A stretch of DNA of 63,439 nt, the filler included, from Stramenopiles sp. TOSAG23-3 (Eukaryota): the NCBI GenBank assembly GCA_900128585.1. It is 8 parts of 8 records of this genome, joined end to end, with 100 filler letters (N's around TTAATTAATTAA, not from the genome) between each part and the next. Parts side by side here need not be neighbours in the genome. Positions count along the whole stretch, not along the records: positions 40,148 to 50,075 come from LT642866.1; positions 50,176 to 60,100 come from LT642867.1; 6 more parts are not named here. One strand, written 5' to 3'. Shown here in pieces: positions 40,662 through 50,176 of the stretch (positions within the stretch are counted from its first letter, which is position 1; each line of letters opens with the position of its first letter). The translations under genes were made by a program, and so were the position numbers. The notes under the pieces are model-generated. The model did no database searches. It saw only the letters and a list, made by a program, of their open reading frames with translations, and had not been told where the DNA came from.

Positions 40662-41582
40662 ATGCTTTCTGTCAGGGCTGTATGTGTGATTAGCACACTC
40701 TTAGTTGGGGCGACAGGGCTTAACCTTCGCTCGGGGGCGTCCGTCGACCCCCCATTAGATAGCGCATACAACATGCACGCGCCTTACGTTGAGCCAAAAG
40801 GCAAGATAGAGCAGTACGCCGTGTCCCCGGCACCGTACGGGAAAGGCCAACCACCCTTGAGCGCGGGTGCCACCTATGCCAACCCTATGGGAAGCCCAAC
40901 TCCCGCGAAATCGATAGGAGGCGTTTATGGGATGACACCAGGCGCCCTGAACACCCCAGCTAGTCACCAGCCCACCCTGTCGGGTTTGTCGAAGAAGCCA
41001 GAAAATGGAATGATCCGCAACAACGATGCACAGCCTATCCCAGGGGCGTCCGGTTACTTGCCGCCTGCTCCTATTACGATGGACAAGGACGAAAAGGGGG
41101 CAGCTTATTTAGGCCTTCATCCAGGAAACAAACCGCAGATGCTGCCAACAACAAACCCCTCTGCGTATCCAGTCGACGTTGCCGCCGCTCGTGTACCCGG
41201 AGGCGTCATAGGGGCGAAAGGCTGGCCCGCCAATAGCCCACTGGAAGCAAGCCCCCATAACGGCAACCCTGCCGGCGCCGGTTTGTTCGGCCTGTCCGCA
41301 AAACCGTTCCAGGAGGTCCCGGGGTCAAGACCACGGCCGATTAGTGCACCAGGTTTTCCATATGCAGGCAACTCAGTGTTAGGAGAAGGTACAACACACG
41401 ATCGCAGTAACCCATACTTCCCAGGGACAACGTCGAATTCTGTGGTTGGCCAAGTCGAGGCGAAAGACGGTTACATTGCCCGCGACCCTGCGGCATCGGC
41501 GAGAGAAAATGCACAAGGTTTGTCGGACGAAGAAGAGGATCTTCTGGGACATCACCGTATGAACAAAGCCCATCGCCGGTAA
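40662..41582 (+). CDS. Secreted Pro/Gly/Ala-rich low-complexity protein
   Basis: Signal-peptide-like MLSVRAVCVISTLLVGATG then LNLRS; P/G-rich body; ATG 40662. Confidence 0.8.
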   Translation: MLSVRAVCVISTLLVGATGLNLRSGASVDPPLDSAYNMHAPYVEPKGKIEQYAVSPAPYGKGQPPLSAGATYANPMGSPTPAKSIGGVYGMTPGALNTPASHQPTLSGLSKKPENGMIRNNDAQPIPGASGYLPPAPITMDKDEKGAAYLGLHPGNKPQMLPTTNPSAYPVDVAAARVPGGVIGAKGWPANSPLEASPHNGNPAGAGLFGLSAKPFQEVPGSRPRPISAPGFPYAGNSVLGEGTTHDRSNPYFPGTTSNSVVGQVEAKDGYIARDPAASARENAQGLSDEEEDLLGHHRMNKAHRR

Positions 41583-41861
41583 ATTTGTGTTTTTAGCTTT
41601 GTAAAATACGCACAGACACAGGGGGAAAGGGGAAGAAAAGGGAGTGTCGCCAAAATAATAAAAAATTGGCCTGGGTTATTTAAAGTATATAAAAATAAAA
41701 TTTAAAACTACGAAACACATGTATTTTTCGCTTACTTCTAGAAACACACGCACACACGTAATACACACACGTAAATTTATTTTGACTGAGATTCATTTAC
41801 CGTGCACACTTTTCCAAGCATTTAATTTAGGGCCCATCTCTGGTTTACCCCACACTGCGAA

Positions 41862-42908
41862 TCATTCCTTCGCAATCATACTTTGGTGCCTCCGATTTTT
41901 CCGACTCTTCTTTTTCTCCACCAAGCTACCGGAACCTTCCATCAGCGCCGAAGATGAATTGACCATGTGCGTTTCGACGGCTTTACGCTTCGCACGTTCG
42001 GCTTTCGTCAAAACGTCAGCCTCTTCGGCGTCGCCGCCCACGCCAAAGAAAAAATTGACAATGGACACAGGGTTGAACGGGCTTAGCCCACTGACCATTT
42101 CTTCCTCTGTTTCTTTGACTGCCATGGCTTCAATCCTCTTCTCTTTTTCCTCCGCAGCTCTCCTCTTCATTCTAGCATACTTTTTTTCCTGTTTACGAAT
42201 CTGATCCTCTAAAGCTTCGTTTTCTTGTGACAACCGATCGCGTATCCGTAAATCTTCGTTTTCTTCCCGCAATTTCTCCAGATTTTCTGCCGTCTCTTGC
42301 ACGATTTTCATGGACTCCATAACATTTGACGCGCCGCTATCTTGCGCCAGGAACAACCGCAAGGCATTGCAGGTGTTCAACAAGTCAGACGAGCTCATAT
42401 CAGCAAAGGTCCCAAAATCTTTCTCGCTCAGCCCTTTGGGTACCCTGTACCGCTCTGGTGCAGAGCTTCCCAAGAGCGCGTCGTAAACGCCCTGTTTCAA
42501 TGCCTGGTCTCGCCCCATTTTTGCCAAATTCTTTCTTTGTTTTTGGATAGACTTTTCTAAAATAGGCAACGTCTTATAATTGGGGCCTTCCGACTTTTTT
42601 ACATCTTTTATCTTTTGCTGGAGAATAGAAACATTTTCTTCCTCCTCTGCCGCTTCTTTCCGGGCATCCAAAACGTTGTGCTGTATTTCATTGATCTCAT
42701 CGTCTAACTGTTTTACTTGGTCTCTATTCGAAAGGATTTTATCACACATATTGAACAGATCTTGGGATTTCCCTTCCGGGATGGATCCCAAGTTGTGAAA
42801 GTCATGCAAGGCCTGCATCCGTTCCTTTACCGAATAATGGCCCAACTCCTCCCCGTGTTTGCTCATGAGCAAACGAAAGTGAGAGGGATCTTCCAATTCT
42901 TCAGCCAT
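41862..42908 (-). CDS. Hypothetical coiled-coil protein
   Basis: E/K/Q-rich heptads; first ATG 42908 in CCATGG context. Confidence 0.8.
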   Translation of the reverse strand: MAEELEDPSHFRLLMSKHGEELGHYSVKERMQALHDFHNLGSIPEGKSQDLFNMCDKILSNRDQVKQLDDEINEIQHNVLDARKEAAEEEENVSILQQKIKDVKKSEGPNYKTLPILEKSIQKQRKNLAKMGRDQALKQGVYDALLGSSAPERYRVPKGLSEKDFGTFADMSSSDLLNTCNALRLFLAQDSGASNVMESMKIVQETAENLEKLREENEDLRIRDRLSQENEALEDQIRKQEKKYARMKRRAAEEKEKRIEAMAVKETEEEMVSGLSPFNPVSIVNFFFGVGGDAEEADVLTKAERAKRKAVETHMVNSSSALMEGSGSLVEKKKSRKNRRHQSMIAKE

Positions 42909-43010
42909 GGTTGTCACCCTACTATGAAATGCCCAATTGGTAAATGTACCAAACGAGGGCACAACGAAGTACTTGCGAAATGAAATGGGTATTATTGATT
43001 AGTAAAATCT

Positions 43011-43088
43011 GAGGAGCAGAGATAACTTCGCAGTATATGAAGACGATAAATTTTAATTAATTTAAATAACAGACAACTTTTCGTTTTT
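43011..43088 (-). repeat. 3'-end element copy lying upstream of a gene (positional exception)
   Basis: Reverse complement AAAAACGAAAAGTTGTCTGTTATTTAAATTAATTAAAATTTATCGTCTTCATATACTGCGAAGTTATCTCTGCT; its tail matches 33458-33498. Confidence 0.8.
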
Positions 43089-43772
43089 AAAATGAAATGC
43101 TTCAATGCCGACGATGTCTTGAGACTAAAGACACGCTGAATTTTTCATATATTAATGAAGAATGCGTAATCCTCCTTCTCTCACACAGCAGTGATGATCA
43201 TCCCTTGTTGAGAACTAATTTTACATACTATTTTTTAGTTAATAGTATAGTATTACTACTATATAAAATAATAATAATATTGTGTGCTAGTATGCTGCTA
43301 TGTGTCAAAATATTTTTTATTTTATCGTTACAAAAAAAGCGAAGAAAGATCTCTCCTGAGTGAGTTCCCAGTCCTCCCCTCCGTCCTCCACCCCCGCCGA
43401 ATATTTTCATAAAATGTATTGTAAAAAAAAACATTGACACAGCACCCTTTCATCATCATCCTCAATCCCATCATCATCCTCAATAATCATACATCATCCA
43501 TATTATCATATCATCATCATCTAACTATCATCATCCATCAGGGGATTTTTTTTTATATATATAAATAATACCGTTGTTTAAAAAGAAATTTTGGAAAGAG
43601 AAGAAGATATACTACTGCAGTACAATCCTCCATGTTTTAACAAAGAAAAAGGGGAAACGATTTGTGCAAACATTCCGTATCTAACTATATTATACCCGCT
43701 TTGGGTTTGTGTGTACAAAAATATAAGCGAAACGACGGTGGGGTGACTTCTGGAAAGTTGCCATTAGTTACC

Positions 43773-46106
43773 ATGATGCGACCCGCGACAGCAGGGTCGA
43801 GGTTGAACAAACCGAGAAACGAGAAAAAATACCTTCGGCCGAAGACTGCGACCCCTATCATTTATCGAAAGAAGCAAAAGCAGACCAACCCTCGAGAAAT
43901 TAGACAAATATCTCGACCGGATGAAGCGTCAAAACTCCTGTTTCGGCGTTTGTGGCAAGCGCCCGTTCGCATCCCTGAATTGGCTATATTTGGGGAAGAT
44001 GGTGAGCTGGAAGAGTGGATGTTTTACAGCAACGAAAAGCGTTGTATACTGAGAAAAAAGTATGAAAACGCAACGATTGAAAAACTGCAGGAGAAATGGT
44101 TGCGGTTGGAGGCGCACATGCAAGCCATGCACCGGGGAACACACAGCTCGCAATCCTGCGCCTCCTGCGCCCACTTAGAAGGACGAGGTGGCCGAGCGGT
44201 GATACTGCGCGATTCGTTTGAAAAAATGATGCTTGACGCGCAGAAGCAGCGCGACCGTAAAATAGAGATTCGCACGACGGGGAAAATTTCCCGGAACGAT
44301 TTAAAGAATAAACGAGAGAGGTACTTTTTTGGTCCAGCGCTGCTGAAGAAATACACACAGCCGGCGCAAAATACCGTGCTGACGTGCAAGTACGAGCGGA
44401 CGCTCGACCGACCGAAAAATATAGTCGAAGCTCGAAAAATCGATTTCAAGATGGAATCTTTGGAATTTGGACAGATTTCCCACAACGCAGCGTACGATGA
44501 CATCGACGGCAATGCTGCAGAAATACGGGTCTTGACCATGCCCTTGGCCCCAAAAGCAATCGCCACCATGCAATCGCACTACGTACCAGACGCACAACGG
44601 TCTTCTCTGGAGGACTTTGTCTTGCACGGTGTGTACTGCCGCCACAAGCGAATTCAATCGAGCACCCGGGCCCACAAACGGCTGCGACGAATCGTGGATG
44701 AGATTCTGCAGTGGCTGGAGCGACGGCATGGGATGGTAGTCACAAAAATTGATTTAGAGTTTATGATTCGAGCAAATCGCAAAGACATGTCGTCAATGTC
44801 CAACCCGATCATGGTGACCGCGTGTACAAAGCTAGCCTGGGTCCAAGCCGAGCCAATGTGGGAAATACCGGTTGGTTTTGACCGTCGGTTAAGCCCTACG
44901 AAACGACCGGAAACATGGAGCCTAGAGCGCACAACAGCCCCCACGGTCCCTTTGGCCAGCCTTCGAGGACGCGGGGGGATGAGCGACGACGAGGACGACA
45001 ACGACATCATCATAGAGGTCGCTACCGACCCGTTTGCGAAAAAGACGCTGAACGCGCATCGAATGGCGCTGCCACGGAACTACATCACCGGGCTGGACAA
45101 GCTTCGTCCACTTGCCCGAACGGGTTCTGAGCTGTTGATGGCCGAGCAAATGGAGGCCCATGCGCTGAACGCGAACAAGCAGCACGAGGAGGCAAACCAC
45201 CTCGTGGATATTGCCCTCCGAAACTTTAAACAGAGTTGCAAATTGATGAAGCGCGTCGACAACGCTGAGTCACAAAGTATCAAGCACCAGCGCGATAGGG
45301 AGCGGGATAATGAAACTGCCAAGAAGAACCAGGTCGCGGAGGTAAAGCGCCGAAAAGCAGCGGAGCTCGAAATAGGCCGGCTGCAACGTGAAATGCACGA
45401 CATGAAAGAGAAAATGAAAATCATCAAGAAGCGATTGATGCATTACGAGGGCGAAGTCAAGGTCATGGATGAATTGCACATGGCTGGCGAAAAAGAGAGG
45501 CAGCGAGAGCTCAATTTGCAGTTCAAAAGGGACAAGGCAATGGACGTCCTGGTCGCCAGCGTTGGCTTTGTGGCAAGGCCGAAAAAGAAGGAGAAGAAAG
45601 GCAAGAAGAAATTGACCGAGGAGCGCAAGAAAGACATTGCTGCCAACATATTTGCGAAAAAGGAGGACAAGGACAAGGCCCGCAAACAGAAAGCGGCGTT
45701 GGAGGCTTCAAAGCCGCCCACTATAAAAGACAACAAGGAGGCAATATCAAAGATAGATCGGCTTCTAAAGGTCCTTGTGGCGCCAGGTTCGGAGGGATAC
45801 TTCGGGGAAACAATTGGCGGGTTCTTGGACGTCTTCTCCGCAATCGATGTCAACGACAATGGAGAGATAACCACGGACCAGTTCTGCGAAGCCATGGAGA
45901 TCTTGAAAATTAAGCGGCTCGACACGGACTCCATAAAACTCCTTGCAGAGGCAATCGACTCGGACAAGAGCGGTACTATTGAGTACAGCGAATTTGTTAA
46001 TGCACTATTGGACCGGATGCAACACGCTCGGAAGAAGCTGATTGCGGCAGAAGAGGAGAAGAACAGTTTTAAGAACCAGAAACTTCCGAAACGGTCGACG
46101 TTGTAA
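43773..46106 (+). CDS. Coiled-coil protein with C-terminal EF-hand pair
   Basis: DVNDNGEITTDQF and DSDKSGTIEYSEF; ATG 43773 (MMRPATAG). Confidence 0.88.
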   Translation: MMRPATAGSRLNKPRNEKKYLRPKTATPIIYRKKQKQTNPREIRQISRPDEASKLLFRRLWQAPVRIPELAIFGEDGELEEWMFYSNEKRCILRKKYENATIEKLQEKWLRLEAHMQAMHRGTHSSQSCASCAHLEGRGGRAVILRDSFEKMMLDAQKQRDRKIEIRTTGKISRNDLKNKRERYFFGPALLKKYTQPAQNTVLTCKYERTLDRPKNIVEARKIDFKMESLEFGQISHNAAYDDIDGNAAEIRVLTMPLAPKAIATMQSHYVPDAQRSSLEDFVLHGVYCRHKRIQSSTRAHKRLRRIVDEILQWLERRHGMVVTKIDLEFMIRANRKDMSSMSNPIMVTACTKLAWVQAEPMWEIPVGFDRRLSPTKRPETWSLERTTAPTVPLASLRGRGGMSDDEDDNDIIIEVATDPFAKKTLNAHRMALPRNYITGLDKLRPLARTGSELLMAEQMEAHALNANKQHEEANHLVDIALRNFKQSCKLMKRVDNAESQSIKHQRDRERDNETAKKNQVAEVKRRKAAELEIGRLQREMHDMKEKMKIIKKRLMHYEGEVKVMDELHMAGEKERQRELNLQFKRDKAMDVLVASVGFVARPKKKEKKGKKKLTEERKKDIAANIFAKKEDKDKARKQKAALEASKPPTIKDNKEAISKIDRLLKVLVAPGSEGYFGETIGGFLDVFSAIDVNDNGEITTDQFCEAMEILKIKRLDTDSIKLLAEAIDSDKSGTIEYSEFVNALLDRMQHARKKLIAAEEEKNSFKNQKLPKRSTL

Positions 46107-46184
46107 TAACTTCGCAACCCAAGCAAAATTACCGGGGAATCAAATGGATTTAAAAAAGACCTTACATCCAGAGCTTGCTTATCT

Positions 46185-46490
46185 GAAAAACAAAATAATG
46201 GCTGTTGTCCTTTAATGGGCAAAAGGATCAGATTCGTTTTCACGGTACATGAGGAAGATAAATTTTAATTGCTGGAATAACAGAGCCTCTTTTTTGTTTT
46301 AATTTTTCTACTCTCAGTATAAATAAAATGTACTTACTTAATAAATTTATGTTATCACATTAAAAAGTAAGATAACATAATTGTTTCCACCATGCTATCA
46401 TATCATATTTGTCAAATGGATTTAAACTTTAATTTTTTTAACATAAAGACCAAAATAAAATAAAAGAAATAACAGCCATTATTTTTTAGG
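46185..46490. repeat. Opposed 3'-end element copies between two convergent genes
   Basis: Plus-strand AAAAACAAAATAATGGCTGTT at 46186; minus-strand long copy 46208-46300 matching 33517-33574; minus-strand core AATAACAGCCATT at 46468. Confidence 0.8.
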
Positions 46491-46500
46491 GGAAAACATT

Positions 46501-47076
46501 CTATGGGTATTGCCTGAACCCACTGCTCGCCACTTTCCCCTTGTCTTTCATATTGTTTATCTGTCCCATCTGCACTTCGTACACAAGGGTGGAGTTGCCC
46601 GGGATGTAGGCAGCCCCAAACTTCCCGTACGCCAACTGGGCTGGCACAGTAATGCGCCTTATTTCCCCAGTGCACATACCACGGATCCCTTGCAAAAAGC
46701 CCTTGATCATGTACGGGGCATTATCATCTTCAAACTTGATTGTTAACTCTTTGCCTTCCTCCTCGTAATACGCGTCAAAAACAGAGCAGTTTTTATAGAA
46801 CCACGCTACATAGTTTAGCTTAGCGCTGTTTGAAAGGAACGGCGAAAATTTCTGTTTGGTCCCATCGCAATCGCCTTTTTCTTTCACACCAATCCGGAGG
46901 TCAGCGCCAGGGGATAAATCTTTTCCCTTCGGCGTACAACCTTCCATCACCCGCTCAGGACTCGTGGCTGGCACCACAATCTCATTCCCAACAATCGCCA
47001 CGTCTGCCTCACCCAACCAAGGCAACACCACAGCCAAGGCAAGGACAACCAGACCCCAACGCTTGACCCAAACCAT
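46501..47076 (-). CDS. FKBP-type peptidyl-prolyl isomerase, secretory pathway (FKBP2/13-like)
   Basis: Signal peptide; LRIGVK...C; IKGFLQGIRGMCTGEIRRITVPAQLAYGKFGAAYIPGNSTLVYEV. Confidence 0.93.
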   Translation of the reverse strand: MVWVKRWGLVVLALAVVLPWLGEADVAIVGNEIVVPATSPERVMEGCTPKGKDLSPGADLRIGVKEKGDCDGTKQKFSPFLSNSAKLNYVAWFYKNCSVFDAYYEEEGKELTIKFEDDNAPYMIKGFLQGIRGMCTGEIRRITVPAQLAYGKFGAAYIPGNSTLVYEVQMGQINNMKDKGKVASSGFRQYP

Positions 47077-47502
47077 CTATCACTCACCTTCTTGCCCAAC
47101 CTTCAATTGACAATGCCAAAGAACTGTTTCTATCAACAGATCCCACAATATACATATAATTTCCCCTTATCAAAATTGCACAACATAAAGTCCTACAAAG
47201 TTTTTAAAAATCCAATCATCCATTCAGATTTATATATATAATACAGTAATTAGACTGTAATCACAAGTGTAAATCAATTATTTTATTTTTTATTACACGG
47301 TATTATTATTATTATTATAATATTATATTTATAATTATACTCTCCTCCTCTATTATTATTATGACGATGATGATGATGGACTATTATTTTTTTTTATATT
47401 TAATAAAAAAATAATAAAGAAGAAGAAGATGTTTGTCACTGATTGGTCGTTGTGTTGAATTATTTATTATCGACTTGGTTCCCGTCAGGTCCTCGTTATA
47501 AC

Positions 47503-47726
47503 AGGTACGGTACCTAACGGTAGAACGACGAGGTCACAGCGACACATTATTAGGGCCCCAGGTCCCAGGGGGGTATTATACCGGTGTACATTATACAAGG
47601 TATACCTGTGGTACCGAATTCTTTTCTTCTTCCTGGTTGATATTTTTATATTACATTTTAAATACCAGATACCGTACGGTACCTGGTATTATACCGGTAT
47701 TATTTATGGTAATACCTTGTAGTACT
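47503..47726. promoter_or_regulatory. GTAC/GGTA/TACC-word cluster (putative cis-element)
   Basis: Seven GTAC plus many GGTAT/ATACC words between the amidase stop and the FKBP start. Confidence 0.35.
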
Positions 47727-47890
47727 ACTGTGTCCACCAAGTGATAAATGTCGCGCATTTTAAAATTATTTTGGAAACCTACCCCCCTTTTATTTCACTT
47801 GGACTGTATTAATTAATACGATCAAGAAAGAAGAAAGAACGTGAAACCGTTCAAGAATTCGTATTATAGTATTATGTTTTGTCATTCTCA

Positions 47891-49456
47891 TCAATTCAAT
47901 CTGCTTTCTAATGCCATTCCAACTTCGATCAACTTTTTATCTTCCCAGGGCTTTCCGTACAGCAAAAATCCTGCGGTCAACGCTGGCCCTTCGATCCCCT
48001 CATGGACAGCCTTCGTTGGCATGGCGAGCGAGGGGATGCTCAGTTCGTTCAGTGCGGCTATGCCACTGGACGGTCCGACAACAACCCCGAAATCGCTTCT
48101 AATGTTCTTAAAATCTTGAAACTCTTCCGTAGTGCGTTGCTTCGGGGGTGGTCCATGAATGGTTGGTGTAATCATAAAGTCCAGGCCGTTGTCTGCGAGG
48201 AACTTGGAATACTTTGCTTCGTACTCCTTGAGCTCCTCGGCAAATTTTGCCTCGGCCGCTTCCCGTTCGCTTTCTGGGATGTCATTCACTTTGATCAGGT
48301 CCGAGCCAGAGTACTTACCAAATGGTCCTAACAAATTAAAGAATGCATGGATGGTTCCTTTCCAGAATGATTTCTCTATGACCTCTCCCGCCGTTCGATT
48401 GCAATTTGGATGGGACGCAATGTAATCTTCCAAACCTTTCATTCGGTAATCGATCTGCTTCTCATGCTGAAAGCCCGTGACGCCTTCCCAAAATTCTACA
48501 TCTTTCGTCGTGGCACCTGCAGCAACAAGGACCTCCTTGGCCAAGTCGATCGCATTCTTGTGCCCAGGGACCGCCGCAGCGTACAGGGCAGAATCCACCC
48601 CAACACAAAGGCCAGTCAAATCGGCAGGCTTGTAGTCTTGGGGGGGGGCTTCGCCTGTGATAACAGCGTCCAAAACGGCTATGTCAGCGACAGAGGCCGC
48701 CATGGGGCCTGCGGTATCATGGGAGGCATTGCAGGGAACGATGCCGGAACCGGGGTACCTTCCCCGAGACGGACGCAGTCCGACGATGGCGCAGCAGTCC
48801 GCTGGCATTCGCAGCGAGCCCATCGTGTCCGATCCTAGCCCTACTTGCACCATTCCTGCAGCAATCCCGGCCGCCGTCCCAGCACTCGAACCTGTCGTGC
48901 TGTACCTTTTGTTCCGGGGGTTAAGTGTGGTGCCATGCAGGCTGCTGAATCCGTAGGGACCGAACGCGGCTTCTGGCATGTTCGTTTTCGCTACGACAAT
49001 CGCACCTGCCTCAATCAATTTTTGTACCACCGGGGCGGTCGTTTCAGGACGCCAATCTGCAAAGCCGGGCATGCTGGCCGTGCTAAGGGTGCCCGCAACG
49101 TCAATGTTTACCTTTACAATTATAGGTACGCCTTCCAAGGCTCGGCGCGCGCCGCCGTCAGCAAGTTTAGCGTCCGCTGCAGCGGCTTGGGCAATTGCCT
49201 GTTCCGCGAGAACTTCGGCGCAAGCTTTGATTTCGCCGTCGAGGGCATTGATACGATCCAGTGCCTCTTGGACCCGAGCAACGCATGTCTTCGAAGTGTC
49301 CGCCTGGACTTGGAGCATTGATTGTTTTGGCCCCACACTGGAGCTCAGGACAAGCCGTAAGCGCGCAACTTCCGCAACCGCAGCGTCCCTGTCCGCAATG
49401 TCCGAGGCGTCCAGCGGTTTCGCCATTTCAGCTTGTATTGAAGCGCCAGCACCCAT
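47891..49456 (-). CDS. Amidase-signature family enzyme with predicted N-myristoylation
   Basis: LEGVPIIVK, KTNMPE, GSSAG, LGSDTMGSLRMPA (Lys-cisSer-Ser triad); N-terminus MGAGAS. Confidence 0.95.
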   Translation of the reverse strand: MGAGASIQAEMAKPLDASDIADRDAAVAEVARLRLVLSSSVGPKQSMLQVQADTSKTCVARVQEALDRINALDGEIKACAEVLAEQAIAQAAAADAKLADGGARRALEGVPIIVKVNIDVAGTLSTASMPGFADWRPETTAPVVQKLIEAGAIVVAKTNMPEAAFGPYGFSSLHGTTLNPRNKRYSTTGSSAGTAAGIAAGMVQVGLGSDTMGSLRMPADCCAIVGLRPSRGRYPGSGIVPCNASHDTAGPMAASVADIAVLDAVITGEAPPQDYKPADLTGLCVGVDSALYAAAVPGHKNAIDLAKEVLVAAGATTKDVEFWEGVTGFQHEKQIDYRMKGLEDYIASHPNCNRTAGEVIEKSFWKGTIHAFFNLLGPFGKYSGSDLIKVNDIPESEREAAEAKFAEELKEYEAKYSKFLADNGLDFMITPTIHGPPPKQRTTEEFQDFKNIRSDFGVVVGPSSGIAALNELSIPSLAMPTKAVHEGIEGPALTAGFLLYGKPWEDKKLIEVGMALESRLN

Positions 49457-49710
49457 CGTTGGTTGCTTAAGTTTGCAGTATTGTGATTGTGTATATTATG
49501 TGGCTGGTTTGAATCTTGATAAATAAAATTAACATAAATTAACAGGTAGTATTTTATTTCGTCAGATTTATAGTTTATATATAATAATACTCCATGGATT
49601 ATTATATTTGAGTTCGAGGACGAAGAACAACCCAACAAAAAACAAGTTGTTGTTTGTTATATTATTAAAATAATTAATAACCAACATCTGAACTCTTTGG
49701 TTATTATTCT

Positions 49711-49798
49711 ACCGGTACGGTAGTACAATACGGTACCAGGTATTACCCGTTCGGTATTATGGGTTCCGTACACCTGGTATTTACCTGGTACCGGTACT
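49711..49798. promoter_or_regulatory. GTAC-word cluster (putative cis-element)
   Basis: Six GTAC in ~85 bp, ~260-340 bp upstream of the amidase ATG. Confidence 0.4.
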
Positions 49799-50075
49799 GA
49801 CTATATAGTCTAATATTACACCTCCATCTTCTTCGTACACATCACACATCATCATCAATCATTGCATCATCATCATATTATTATTTCATGTAATCTATAC
49901 CGGTATACGGACACTGTGATGATTACTGATTTCATTATGAAGTATAAAGCAAACAGGGGTGACCATATGCGAACATTGAGCAATTAAACAAATATATATT
50001 TATGTGAAAAGCGTGATAAGACAATCATCGTCAAGTTAAAAAAACATCGTTGTACTTTACCCCCCCCCCCCCCCC

Positions 50076-50175
50076 NNNNNNNNNNNNNNNNNNNNNNNNN
50101 NNNNNNNNNNNNNNNNNNNTTAATTAATTAANNNNNNNNNNNNNNNNNNNNNNNNNNNNNNNNNNNNNNNNNNNN
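50076..50175. other. Artificial contig linker
   Basis: 44N-TTAATTAATTAA-44N. Confidence 0.98.
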
Positions 50176-50176
50176 C

